The position numbers and the translations under genes were made by a program. A DNA stretch of 62,217 nt, the filler included, from Sphacelaria rigidula (Eukaryota): NCBI GenBank assembly GCA_964200075.2. It is 10 parts of 10 records of this genome, joined end to end, with 100 filler letters (N's around TTAATTAATTAA, not from the genome) between each part and the next. Parts side by side here need not be neighbours in the genome. Positions count along the whole stretch, not along the records: positions 24,929 to 31,060 come from CAXNAA020022022.1; positions 31,161 to 37,292 come from CAXNAA020022023.1; 8 more parts are not named here. One strand, given 5' to 3'. Numbering within the stretch: position 1 is the first letter of the stretch; the number at the start of each line of letters is the position of its first letter. The notes under the pieces were generated by a model that saw only the letters and a list, made by a program, of their open reading frames with translations, made no database searches and was not told where the DNA came from. Positions 24,937 to 37,392 of the stretch are shown here, in pieces.

Positions 24937-25297
24937 GGTTGCCCCGGTGGCTCAGTTGGTAACCTCGTTACCCTCTGGTGTTTGAGTTTTGGGGTTCGAT
25001 TCTCGGAGCGATGTGGGATTTTTTCTTGCACCATGCCCAACAGTGGAGAGCGACTATGTCGCGGGTACACAAAAGACGACTTCACAGTCGACGAGGGAAA
25101 GGGACTGCTGAACCCATCTCGCGATAAAAAATAAAAAGGCAAGCACCGCAGAAGGAAGGTACGGTACAAAAAACAAATAAAAAAGAATAAGTTCCTAGGT
25201 CGACCTTCCTTCTGTGTAACCCCGGCTGATGCGCCCACATATCCCGAAAGAGGCAGACTGGCGTCCAGAATAAACGGGACGACAACACTGTACACAT
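24937..25297 (+). mobile_element. Full-length tRNA-derived SINE-like element (~360 bp)
   Basis: A box TGGCTCAGTTGG, B box GGTTCGATTC, a conserved body and a CA-rich end; at least seven related pieces across six contigs. Confidence 0.8.
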
Positions 25298-25620
25298 TTA
25301 ATCTCCGAGGCTCTGTGAAGCCAGCATTCCTTTACTTGATTTTTAGAGTACATTATTTCGTCGATACCTCTTAGCTTGCATGTCGCTGGACGTTGGGATG
25401 CCCTCTAGTTCTGCTCGGGCTTCAAGTGCATTTGCTTCCCGCGCGGTGTTCTGCATTGCGTTAGGGCGTTAGGGCGTCGCGGTGCGTTCCGTTTGGTTTA
25501 TTCCGCCAACGTCTCACTGGACTCTGCGACCGACCATGAGGGGAACCGTCATCCATCTCAACTGCGCTTCATCCGTGGGATTAGCATCGTTTCTACTCGA
25601 AAACTGAATCGGCATCCTGT

Positions 25621-25710
25621 TCATTTGGCAATCAGAAGACACGACATAAAGTCGAGCAGCCGCTCTTCGTTGATCACAGTCATCTTCCTCTCAGGGCAGG
25701 GCTTGTACAC
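25621..25710 (-). CDS. Terminal exon of an unidentified protein
   Basis: ctccAG acceptor; VYKPCPERKMTVINEERLLDFMSCLLIAK*; phase 0, compatible with the exon at 28294-28383. Confidence 0.5.
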   Translation of the reverse strand: MYKPCPERKMTVINEERLLDFMSCLLIAK

Positions 25711-25982
25711 CTGGAGCGTATTCTGATCTGGTACGCATGCCCCGTCGTCTCAACTGTACGAGCTTCCTTTTTTTCCTGTCTGTGCACCTGCTGCCGCTGG
25801 TGCTACTACATTTACGGCACGGGCAAGTTTCGCTCATCATGACTGGCCGGATGCAGCCCTCTTCACTTCTTTTTCAAACTTGAATCGGCACCATCTCAAC
25901 GGGTGCTGATTCTTCATGTTTCGCACAAACGATCGTTTCTCGTTGAATCTGAATCGAATTGTGAGGTGACACTTTCTACAAT

Positions 25983-26024
<42 letters not shown>

Positions 26025-28293
26025 CGGGTACGAAACAGAACAAACCTTTTATGGCAAGAATAATGAAGAAAGANNNNNNNNNNCACACAAAAGGTCTTCT
26101 TAGGTCAACCCATTCCAAAAAGTCTTGTGGTCACTTTCCCACCCCCCCCCCCCCCCCCCCCCCGCCGCCCCAAAGTGCCTGGTTTGGGGAGGTAAAAATC
26201 TTCACATGATTTGGAATGGAAAAAGTCGAGCACAACGAGCAGCTGGGGATTCCCACGCTTGGGTTCGTTCTCGCCGATGTCGCCCATATGAGGCGCTTCA
26301 TGCAAGCCGAACCCAAACATCAGGCGCTGTACGACCATTTTTTCGTGACACTTTCGGGCTGGCTTTGGGGGGAGGGGGGGGGGCTATCGTAGAAAGTGTC
26401 ATGTCACATACCACGTGCTCAGCTTATGAGGAGCTACGGCTTTTTCTCCAAACTATGCCATGCGCGATGACGCACCACCGGTGCTCATGGATCTTGGCTG
26501 TCGATTCATTCAGCGTGGCGGTCCTTGTATAGACGTGTGTTTGTATGGAAATGCCTGCACTATATCTGTAAATGCCGGGACTTGGCCCTCATACAAAAGG
26601 TCACCGCAATTCTGAATAGAACCTTTGCTTGTGGATCTCTACACCGGGGCTGGACCAACTGCCGTGAAACTTAGCGCACTAGTCGGACACAACACAGACA
26701 GCATGCGCATCGGTCGGCGGCACGTTCCGGCCATGCTGAAAAAAAACAACAAAGCGAATGCTGATTATGGGGCAATACCGTCGATACGCCCTGAGTATGG
26801 CTTTCCCGAAGCCCGGACTGCGCGCACCGCCAGTGAATACATATCTCGACACGCCGGAGCACTAACTTTCACGTCATGAGTAGCTGCGCTGGGAAACATC
26901 AATCCGTACTGCAAAAGCTACCGGATAATGACAAATTGGACAAAATCCATTGACACATCGCCTGTAGGGGTGCTAAATTCGAGAGGCACGGCCGTACGCG
27001 CACTGTCAGCATTGCAACCCGCTGAAACTTCAGCCAGATGTCATGTGAAAAACAGTGAACGAGCTCATGTCGCTGAATATAGGGATACGCGTTGCAGTAG
27101 CAAGAAAGACAAACGAGGTCAAATTTTGTCGCGAAAAAAAAAAAAAGTACTTTGTTTTTTTTGGCGTAATACTGAAAATCAAGACACGAACGTTTTCAAT
27201 TGATATACAGTTCAAGAAATCAAAGTGACAAGTTAACAGTCACGAGGATGACTCTTTGACCGCCAGCTTCATCCGGAACAGCTGACAGTTAAGGTGAAGG
27301 GTTGCGCCATGACGAGAGCTAGGCAGGAGGGCGGATCCTGTTTTAGGGGATAAGGGTGTGGATTTCCAGATCACCGGAGGAAGCTCTTCACCATCTATCT
27401 CATTTCCGTCGTTGAGAATGTGAACGTGTAGGGGGCAGCAAAATTATTTGGCGGAAGTCGATGCGAGAAGCCAAGAATATGAGGCAGACGGGTACCAGAG
27501 GAGGGATGGGCTAACAATCCCTCGAGGAAGGGGGAGGATCAGAATAGAATACTCATAATAATACATCTCGGCCAATCCTCATTTCACTTCGGAAAAAAAT
27601 ACTCCTATCGTTTTGTTTTTTTAATTCACGAGCATGAGGGGGAAAAAAAGACGGGACGTTAAGGACTGGACTTGCTTACTATAATTAGTCACGTGTTTTG
27701 TCCTTTTTTCAACTCGGGTTCGGGTTAACCAGTTTTTTATTATTGTTATTTCCTCGTGCACATTTTTGCGTACATCTTATCGCGCGACCACGGCCTTGAT
27801 TCGTAGCGGACTTGATACCGGGAGGCCGCGCACCGGTGATCTGATCGCACGACTGAAAGACGTCCGGTTGGGATAATTCTGATTCGATTCCCAGCGGATG
27901 CATTTCGGCTGTTTGCTCTGAAAAAAGTATCCAACTTCGGGCGTTGAAAACGTGACGACGTGGGTAGCAGAAGTATTCTACTGCACGCGAGTAGACGCCG
28001 TGCGGGAGTGCTGATCCCTCGAGGCCATGTTGCTTGTCCCGGGGGGGGGTGGGGGGGGTACTCATCCCGACGGGCGGGAGGGTTCGAAACCGTTCACATT
28101 CTGGATAACGACAATATAGTACATTGTCGAAAAGTGTACTGCGTACAGTATCGACTACTGCGTCTATTGCAATAGACAATAGATGCCATACTGTACGCAG
28201 TACACCTTTTTTTGTACCATGTCATCTACTGTCATTATCCAGGGTGTGAAAGTGTTCCGAGAAACAAACGATCAAGGCAAAGCACCACTGTAC

Positions 28294-28383
28294 CTCTCCA
28301 GTCGCCGCTGTTTCCCAGTGCTCGCGGAACAATAGCGGCACCCAACCCGTCTCGATGAACCAGTGGCTGCACAGCAAATCCAC
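28294..28383 (-). CDS. Internal exon of an unidentified protein
   Basis: T-rich tract, then ctacAG; 90 nt reading VDLLCSHWFIETGWVPLLFREHWETAATGE; GAG/GTACAG donor. Confidence 0.55.
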
Positions 28384-30089
28384 CTGTAGCAAAAGAACAA
28401 AAAAAAGCAACGTGTACAGCGAAATATATATATATGTATAAAAATCTGGAATACAGCAGTTGGAAACACCAGATATGCTCATAGTTTGGCAACAGGTTAC
28501 CCCTCAAACTTTTGTAGCAAGCTACCTTTCCATGATATTCAAATGAAACCCACGAAACAAGAATAAGAGCATCCATCGTTATTCCGGCCGGCCGTTCAAT
28601 CAAAATATTTCAATAAAAAATAAAAATGAACGAAAGCTCGGCGAATTTGAACCCCCGCCCCCCTCCCCCCACGGTACATACAACCAACCAGTCACACAAA
28701 AATAACGAAAAACGAGAACGAAAAACGAGTTTAAGAGATGTGATGATCTTACACGAGGCGAGCCGCTGTCCACTTCCTCATGTCTAACCGCTGAGTACGG
28801 GGAATAACACCCCCTCCCAAGGCGACAACGTTTTCATGTTCGCGCTCTCTTGTTTTCGCGGCGGGATGAAGAGTGGTGGACACTCTAAATTCAGGTAATT
28901 TGGCTACCAGACGTAGTTAGCCTTCGAAAACAAGAAATTGGTTCACGTGTTAAAAAATAATAAGTCCTTGATCTTGGAGCAAGTATGTATCGTATACCCC
29001 TACTGTCTTTGAGATGTTGGTAGAGTTTACCGCGAGTCAGAAATATCGAACTGATGGGGAGATTGAAAAAAAAACAATGAAGCCGTTGATTTTTGGAGTT
29101 TCCTGGACACCGTGCCCCACCCGTAAAGGGGGGATGTAGCAGAGGATCTGTTCATCCCATCATCCCACCAGATGTCCATTTACGTTGCACCCCTCTTGCA
29201 GCTCATATAGCAGCTTGCAGGGGCCTTCACATTATTTATGTGGCATTTTTCGATCGATACGTAATAAAACATAGAAGGACCATAGGGAGGTTGTACTCAT
29301 GATCATGCATGCCATAGTCATCAAGGACGATAGGGAGGGAGGGTCTGTGGTGTCTGGACTGGGATATATCCCACCCCTTGTATGTGCATACACATATATG
29401 TACACAGAATGTCCAAATATGTACCAGATGCTTGAGCGTAAGCCATCGCATCTTTGGGGCGGGGAGGGGGAGCGAATGGGAATTTTTGCGTATAGCTGCT
29501 GGTACTTACCCGTGGCAATTTTGTTCAACTGCTGTACAGGTGGTGTTACGGAGAGTACCATGAAACCGGATCAACGGTGTCCCTCATTCGCGTTTGTTCT
29601 GTATTCCTCAGATGTCCGTGAGCAAACGAAATGGATACACATACCTGTTGTACTACTGTACCCCCTTCAGACAAGCGCGGCATTCGTTCCGAGACCGAAT
29701 CCAACGGGGGACAACAAATTTACACCGAAGCTATGTGTTCTTATCGTGTCTTCGTATACTACAATATTTTCACTGTATAAGGAATAGCAGGGACGGTATT
29801 GGAAAGGCGAGCCTACGTCTGTGACCACGGGTTCGCGAGATCGGACTAATGTGCGGAAATAATAATAATAATATAATAAATAATAATATAATAAATAATA
29901 ACTTCGAAGTACTACCCGTGTCACTGAATACTATCCGTGCGCAACGGTATTACATGTGCGTACGCGCGCATACGATACGGACAGGCAAACAAGGCAGGCA
30001 GGCAGGCAGACAAGCAAACAGACAGGAAATACATTTTGTTTCATATCTTGAAATACAAACAAGCCGCCGCCCCCCCGGCGGTCTGAATT

Positions 30090-30300
30090 AAAATGGTACA
30101 ACTGACACCGTCACGGTAGAGAAAACGCCGGTTCGGTTCCTGCCAGATGTGCTTTGGCTTTGTTTCTTGAGAATACAATATATTATTTCCAAGAACGAGA
30201 TTAGCACAAAGAGCTCCTTCGATTGAGTTCGTTTGACAATAGTCGACTCGGTGCGGGAGTGCTGATCCAACCCACAAGACCGGAATACGATGCGTTTACC
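30090..30300 (-). repeat. Dispersed repeat family C
   Basis: The reverse strand matches 41504-41720 (ggattgggtcagcactccctcaccgcgtcaactcacgtcaaacaaactca); a partial copy lies at ~27985-28020. Confidence 0.7.
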
Positions 30301-30660
30301 GGGGGGGGGGGCGTACTCATTTGTTGCTTGCCTTAGTCATTTGACCATTGACCACGCATCCCTTTCACGACGGAGCACCGTTCCTACTCCTAATAGAGAC
30401 ACCTCCAACATTCTGTGCTAATCCATAGTCATAAGACCATCCCCCCGGGAGTGTAATCACCATATTGCATGCCGTAGTCATATGCATGTGGCCATTGACC
30501 TCGCATCCCTACAAGGCCGAGACGGAGCGCGCCGGGTTTTCGCCGGACCAGGCTCGAAATCAATCACCAAGCGAGAGGCGCGATGATGTCTTCGGCGAGT
30601 CGCATGAAGGGTGGGCTGGATCCTGCCAAGATTGTTCCGCCCGAAGCGTATTCATAATCT
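30300..30660 (-). repeat. Family B copies (both variants)
   Basis: ggggcgtactcatttgttgcttgccttagtc...accacgcatccctt, and ccattgacctcgcatccctacaagg...cggcgagtcgcatgaagggtg; the second matches 45610-45810. Confidence 0.85.
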
Positions 30661-31060
30661 TGCATGTGGATGCCAGCGTCGGATGAGTTGCTTCATGTTT
30701 CTGGTGTCGCCACTTCCAGAGACAGCCACGGGTTGCAGACTGTCTCATCAGCGTCTCACCATTTGAACACTATGTATAACGACCAATCCTCTTCTCCGCG
30801 CCGTACAATATGATCGAGCTCGACCATAATCATCATAGCTACCGTTAAAAGAAAAACGCAAGCGCTTAAACCCGGTAACCTGATTGCCTAGCTTACGCAG
30901 TAAGTGGCATGTTTTACGGCGTCGTTGCCAACCAATGCCAACCCTCAAGGGAGGGCCTGCACCGGGGAGATATAGGTAGATGGGTCCCTTGAGATGATGG
31001 GGTCGTCCCGAGCAGGAGAAGGGGGGGGGGGGGGCGGGCCCCCTTGTTGGCTGCCCTTGG

Positions 31061-31160
31061 NNNNNNNNNNNNNNNNNNNNNNNNNNNNNNNNNNNNNNNN
31101 NNNNTTAATTAATTAANNNNNNNNNNNNNNNNNNNNNNNNNNNNNNNNNNNNNNNNNNNN
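31061..31160. other. Artificial contig-joining linker
   Basis: N44-TTAATTAATTAA-N44. Confidence 0.99.
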
Positions 31161-31287
31161 TGTTCGAACCGCCGCTGCTGCGTTCAACTCCGATTTGACT
31201 CGAATTTTCGCTCAACAATTGGCCCAAAATACCCTCCCCCCCCCCCCCTCTATCGTAGGATGACTCGGATGAGAAACCCGAAGAATT

Positions 31288-31570
31288 AAAATCTTCGAAG
31301 TATGGTCCCATTTCTTCACCTACTGATAGCTATTGACAACTGCTACACGCCATAGAAATTCGGATTTCGATCACCGAAATTTTGGGGTCCTAAGTGAAAG
31401 AATATTTTCGGAACCATGTTGGCATCCGTTCGCACACCCGAAATTCTCAAACATTGGTTTTCCACCTAGAACCCCAACATTTCGGTGATGAAATCCAAAT
31501 TTCTATGACGTCTAGCAATTGTTAATAGTTTTCAGTAGGTGAAGAAATGGGACCAAATCCCGAAGATTTG
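31288..31570. mobile_element. Palindromic MITE-like element (~280 bp)
   Basis: ggtcccatttcttcacctactga...catagaaattcggatttcgatcaccgaaat versus atttcggtgatgaaatccaaatttctatg...tcagtaggtgaagaaatgggacc. Confidence 0.8.
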
Positions 31571-33042
31571 GTGTGAACGCGAAGATTTTCATTCTCCGGG
31601 TTTCTCATCCCCAATAAAAGATCCATCCCCAATATGTAAGATCCCGTGTCACTTGTAAGTGGAATTGACAAAGAGACCTTACACAGTTTCTTCCAATATT
31701 TTTGGTGTTCCGAATGTTGGGCGGGGTACCTGCCCACCGAAGGAGTCTTGCACGACCGTGAAACCTCTACCGGAAAATATGGATTATCCATCTGGGATGT
31801 GGACGTGCCTCTGGCATATCAATCTGAGATATCAGACCCATTTGAGATGTCAGATCGTTCTGAGATGTTCTTCTAAGATATCGACGTCAGGAATATCAAC
31901 GTGCACCTGGGATGTACATATGGAATTCGCATATCCCAGACGGACTTCTGCATCCTATGTGAATGTCCATACCCTAGACGGATGTCCATCCCCCCGATGG
32001 ATGTCCCAGAGGAACATCAATATCCCGGATGAATATTCACGATGGATCTGATAAGTCAGATGGACGTCCATATTCAAGAGGAATCATTCACATCTCAGAT
32101 GAAAGTTGTACGATGAATCAGGGACGTGACGAGCAAACGCTTAAAGGACATAATCAAAGCAACTGCGTGTTTTTCAGTGAGATCTTCCCCTGCGAGTTGC
32201 ATCAACGTCACTTTATCAACTACCCCTTTTGGGGGGGTGTTGTGGTCTCATACGGATCTTTCGTAGTGTGGGTGCCCTTTTTTCGTGTAGATATTTTTGT
32301 TTCTTGCGTTCTTCTGCGGGCTGTTTGGGTTATATGGATACGTTGGTGGTATGATCCTTGCACTCTGTGACCACGGGTTCGAGAGATCGAACAAATGTGA
32401 TGGATATAATAGTAAGAATAATACTAAAAATAAGAATGATAATCATAAGGGACAAAAGTGGTCAACCAAATGCCTGGTCAACCCTGCCCTTGACGACGCC
32501 CCCCCCCCCCTTAAATTTGGACAAAAGGTACACGCACTTGTACGATGTGGTCCATATTATGGTCGAGTAGATCACGGTCCCATATTGTAGAGACGTCGCT
32601 AACACGCCTACTGGACGCGGCACACCTGCTTTTGAGGCGTCAAGAGTTGCTGCGTTGCTAGGCAGCGCAAGGCATCGCATAAAACCTGTTGGAGCCGTAC
32701 CACCTGGGATTTGAGTCTTGAGGGTACTTTCATGTTTACCTGTATCGCGGTAACTATTTTCGTCCTCTAGTGATTGACGCTACGATCAATAATTTTTCAC
32801 CTGACAGCAACACCAAAAAATGACCCAAAATTAAGTAGCTTGTTCCACACACGGAAGTCAAATTATTTTCCAGGAGCATTCAACTATATCAAACCTTCAC
32901 AGTCACAGATGGTTCCCCGTCCACGTTGTTTACCGATCAACGCGGGTCTTTCGTTGTGCGTTCCGGATGCTTTTCGCCACGTCGTCGGCGTGTCAACATG
33001 CAACATTCGTTTGGCGGGATGCTACCTCATCAGCGACACCTG

Positions 33043-35124
33043 ATGGTGAGACAGAAAGCCTGGATAACCACACTCGTTTTGCTCGGGATGTCCCGCACTG
33101 GCGCGCATTCGGCTCCTTGCGGCAGCAGTGACGCCTCGCGTGTCTGGGATGTTGAAGATACGGCATCGGCTACCGCCCTGGCTGCCGAAGTCGACTGTTC
33201 TGGTGGGATATTTAATGTAAAATGGACAGGAAACATCGTCGTGGAACGCGAAATCCATGTAGCCGGTGGGACTTCCCTCAATGTGGCTGGAAGTGATTCG
33301 GTAGCCGGGATGGAGGGCAGTGGAAATAATCGACTTTTCAACATCGAAAACGCGTCCTTAACTGTAAGCAATATGGCCATCAGCAACGGCAACGCAACCT
33401 TTGGGGGGGCGATCGCTTGTGATCACTCAAACATGTCGTTTTACCATACCTCATTCATCAATAACGTCGCCGTGCAGGGGAACGGTGGAGCTCTCCATGT
33501 TGCCAACAGCTCGATCATTTCGTGGGGTGGTCTGACGACGTTCGTCGGCAATAGCGCTTCTGATGGCGGTGGTGCAGTGTTCGTCAGTGACAAGTCCAGC
33601 GCGTCATGGCGAGGAAATACAACGTTCTCCAACAACACTGCTCACCAGGGAGGTGCGCTGTATGTAGGAAACAATTCCCGTGTGTCCTGGGAGGCGCATA
33701 CACTGTTCGACGATAATTCTGCGGTGTTTACAGGAGGCGCTGTGAACGTGTACAACGGATCGAATGTATCGTGGGAAGCGGCAACATCGTTCTGCAGCAA
33801 CAGTGGACAATGGGGTGGAGGCGTGCACGTCGAAAACAACTCGAGAGTCTCCTGGGAAGCTGAGACGCTGTTCGGTGGCAATCACGCACCGTTGGATGGC
33901 GGCGGGGCTGGATTGGACGTCTATGACGGTTCGAGCGCATCATGGACGGCAAGGACGAGGTTTGTCGATAACAACGCCACGAAGCATGGTGGTGCAATAA
34001 ATGTCAACGACGCCTCTCTGAATTGGACAGGAGAAACTTCGTTTTCGAACAATAGCGCTATTTATGGGGGTGCCCTTTCGTCTCTCAGCTCTCGTATATT
34101 CTGGGCAGGGGTAACGACGTTCTCGAACAATAGCGCTGCTTTTGGGGGTGCCGTGCTCACCAGTGTGGGCTCCCGTACATCTTGGGAAGCAGAGACATCG
34201 TTTATCGGTAATTATGTCTCTGGGTTTGGAGGGGCTCTGAACATCTTCAAGAATTCCACTATATCGTGGGCAGAGAAAACGTCCTTCTTCGAAAATATCG
34301 GTGATGGTGGAGGGGGGGCCATTTACGCGATGAATCACACTGATGTATCGTGGGAAGCAGAAACTGAGTTTGTAGACAACTCAGCGAATGGCGCGGGCGG
34401 TGCCGTGCTTATCGAATACGGCTCCAGCACAACCTGGGGAGCAACCACACTCTTTCGCAATAACGATGCGGGTACATCAGGAGGTGCTGTTTCGATGTCG
34501 TCGTCAAATGAGAACAGTGAAGATATCATGTCGTCCATCGTCATCAATGACTCCGCTACATTCATCGAGAATAGCTGCGGGGCAGATGGAGGGGCGATAT
34601 CGATCATCGGCGTGATAGAGACGCATTTCTCGAGGAAAACCTTACAGTTTGATCGGAACTTCGCGAACGTTGCCGGAGGGGCGGTGTTCGTAGCAAGTGT
34701 AGGCGTTGGGCCGCAGTTCACCGGTGTAACGTTCACGTCCAACTCCGCGGGAAGAGGCGGGGCGGTGTCTATCACGGGTAGCGGAACCTCCCTCACGAAT
34801 TATGAATACCTCAACCCGACAACGTTCGACCAATGCTACTTTTTTCGCAACGAGGCAACAATAGACGGTGGTGCCGTGGAGAGTGGAGCAGGTCAAGATA
34901 GGTTCATCGAAACGACCTTTGTTCACAACGTTGCACCGGTCGCGGGAGCTTTGAGTCTCGCTGGTACGGCATTCATATCCAACTGCACATTCGTTGAGAA
35001 TGCTTCAGCCGAGGGCGAAGGAGCGGCAATCTCCAATGTGGGGTCCATTGAAATCGCCAACGGCACCTTCTTCGCCGACAACGTATTTGAGTGTGAGCGC
35101 GGGACGTATCTTGCTTACAACATG
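33043..35124 (+). CDS. Secreted/surface Pmp-like (polymorphic membrane protein repeat) beta-helix protein, long first exon
   Basis: Signal-peptide-like MVRQKAWITTLVLLGMSRTGAHS; about 12 tandem 26-30-aa repeats FxxNxAxxGGA(L/V/I)xVxxxSxxSWxxxT plus further GGA/FxxN repeats; ATG/GTGAGG donor at 35124/35125. An alternative start exists at 32998. Confidence 0.9.
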
Positions 35125-36479
35125 GTGAGGTTGATTTCCAATTTTCAGCGCGCTCGTGTTGCTTCCTGTTGAGCGTGTAGCCGTAATTCTAGTGGTGAAA
35201 CGTGCGCTTCAGGGCCGTGTAATAACATAAAATACACATTGGTTCAAGTCGAAATGCTGTCATGTATTCAAAACTCGGGAACTAGCAGCAACACTCACTA
35301 TATTATTGCTACCCTTACCCTTGCCCTCATTCACTGAATTTAGATTGATACGTGAACGTTGTTGAGTAATAGGTACATGCTGCCATTTCAAAGCTGTTCC
35401 ATGAAGAACACAGATTTCTGTTGAGCAATGTTACGATAGGGGTTGCACTTTTTGTTTCTGGGCCTCGTTTTTGTAGGAGTCAAAATATATGAGGCTTACT
35501 GTGCAACCCAAACCTCCGCGGACAGGACATGGAGATGCACACAGGGGCCTTTTCGTGAATCGGCATCATTTTCAGTATTTTTCAAGTGAAACTGATGCCG
35601 ATTCTCAAGATGATCCGTGTAACACCCCGAGAAACATTTTCGCTCAAAATGTGCAACCCCACCGTAGCGTCACTCTGTTATCCACCGTAGCAGCTCCCCT
35701 CGACTAGGGACCAGAAACCGGGAGCTAGAACAGCCTTCCTAGCACCAAAGGGTTTTCTTCAAACAGCGGCAGTTCTGACAGCGATTCCAACGACAATGAT
35801 GCTCACTCCTGCACTTCTCTCAGCAAACAGCGTTGCGCGGGTAGAACGTTGCTCTTAAGCGATTGAAAATTAGCTCAATAGCATAAAATGCCATTGGAAA
35901 CGGGATGTATCCCCGGGGAGGCTTCCAGGCGAGCGCTTCACCGGGTCGAGGGATCGTTTCGGCTCAGACGCCCGTCTTAGCCTGGTGGCCGAAGCCATGG
36001 CAGCACCGATATATTGTTGATGTATTTCGATATTGGCTGCGCCCGTCGTGCGAAACAATTGGCGAAGCGGATCCGTCACCAGCCCTAGAACTCTTGCCTA
36101 AAAAGCCTTACCCCCGCTGTCTCTGATTCTCATTTGTTCATCTTTCAAGGTTTTACTAGCCGCAAAGGCTTCCCCGTCCACCACACAGCGTGTATGCTGG
36201 GCTCTACGTTTCAGTTCAATCATGAGACGGAGGTATAGAAGTCACCATATATCACAATGAAAGAGATTATGTGCAGTACACAAGCGCACCTTCGCTGCGT
36301 CTTTGGGTTTGCCTCCTCCTTGATATGTACATGAACGAATTGCTGACGTGGTCTACACAGATTGCTGTTTTCTTCTCTCCTTTTGCGCCTTTTCTTACGT
36401 AGGTGTTCCTCGCACTGGTAGCAAACCTAACAGGTCTGAGCATGCAGCACGAAAATCCTGGATGCACTCAGAAAACCGT

Positions 36480-36530
36480 GTTGATTGATTGATTGATTGA
36501 TTTTGATTTTGATTGATTGATCGATTGATT
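36480..36530. repeat. (GATT)n microsatellite
   Basis: ttgattgattgattgattgattttgattttgattgattgatcgattgattg. Confidence 0.9.
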
Positions 36531-36899
36531 GTCGCACTTGAACCGACCCCCCAGGGATCCAGCCGTGGTCACATAATAGACGTGCCCAAGACAAGAACAA
36601 AATTGAAACACTCGCTGAAGAAAAGAAGAGCAGAAAAGAAGTCGATCAGAACGACATAGTACACCAAGACGTAACAAAGCAAATTGAATACGAAGTCAAG
36701 CAAAAAAAGGCCACGGAAATAAATGGCCAGTCTCAAACAAATGAAGAATATTAAAAAGGAGAACAAGACGAAAAAGAAGAGAAATGGAGAAGAAAAAGCC
36801 CACGTAACTTCAGGGGAACAGGGTAGATACAGACACACACTAGTGGGCACCGCAGAGCAACCGACTAAACAGATTATCGACAACCGATATGAGCAAACA

Positions 36900-37260
36900 T
36901 TATTCTTCGATTGGGCGGTCCTCGACGCAGCAGCCCTTCCTTTGTGGCGGCGGTCTGATTCTCGTTTGTTCGCGCGTCATCAGGTGTCCTCAAACTCTTC
37001 TGCTCCTTTTTCGACTCCAGTATGCCGTTTGCCCATGTTCTTCGCCGCAGGGACCCAATCGTATGCATCGGTAACCTCTACACCGCAGGCAAACCATTTC
37101 CGCCGGGCTTCTTTGTGCGGGGCAGCCCCTAGTGCACGTAATTTTTCTACCGGAGGTTATCCTTTGGGCAAACGTCACAGCAGGGTATACCATGGTGCAT
37201 TAGCGACAAACCTCGGTACCCTCTTTGTTTGGAGGAGAAATGAGCGCAGCTGATCGGCCA
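36900..37260 (-). pseudogene. RTE LINE ORF2 extreme C-terminus (decayed)
   Basis: EKLRALGAAPHKEARRKWFACGVEVTDAYDWVPAAKNMGKRHTGVEKGAEEFEDT**RANKRESDRRH matches the RTE tail pattern W..AAK..GKW..GVExGAE.F...W. Confidence 0.65.
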
Positions 37261-37292
37261 ACGACCATTTTCACCCGGCGGCGGCGGTAGAC

Positions 37293-37392
37293 NNNNNNNN
37301 NNNNNNNNNNNNNNNNNNNNNNNNNNNNNNNNNNNNTTAATTAATTAANNNNNNNNNNNNNNNNNNNNNNNNNNNNNNNNNNNNNNNNNNNN
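37293..37392. other. Artificial contig-joining linker
   Basis: N44-TTAATTAATTAA-N44. Confidence 0.99.

Noticed and set aside
24937..25010. Functional tRNA gene
   Set aside because: A and B boxes are present, but there is no clean acceptor stem, and it continues into a conserved ~290-bp repeat body found in many copies, so it is SINE-like.
25983..26165. Poly-Pro/poly-Gly ORFs and G-quadruplex-like tracts, also at 43995-44150
   Set aside because: Long C homopolymers flank 10-N scaffold gaps (26074-26083, 44047-44056); likely low-quality sequence.
32926..35172. Bacterial autotransporter or contaminant contig
   Set aside because: No beta-barrel; the repeats end at a GT donor, and the contig carries the same eukaryotic repeats and an RTE remnant as the others.
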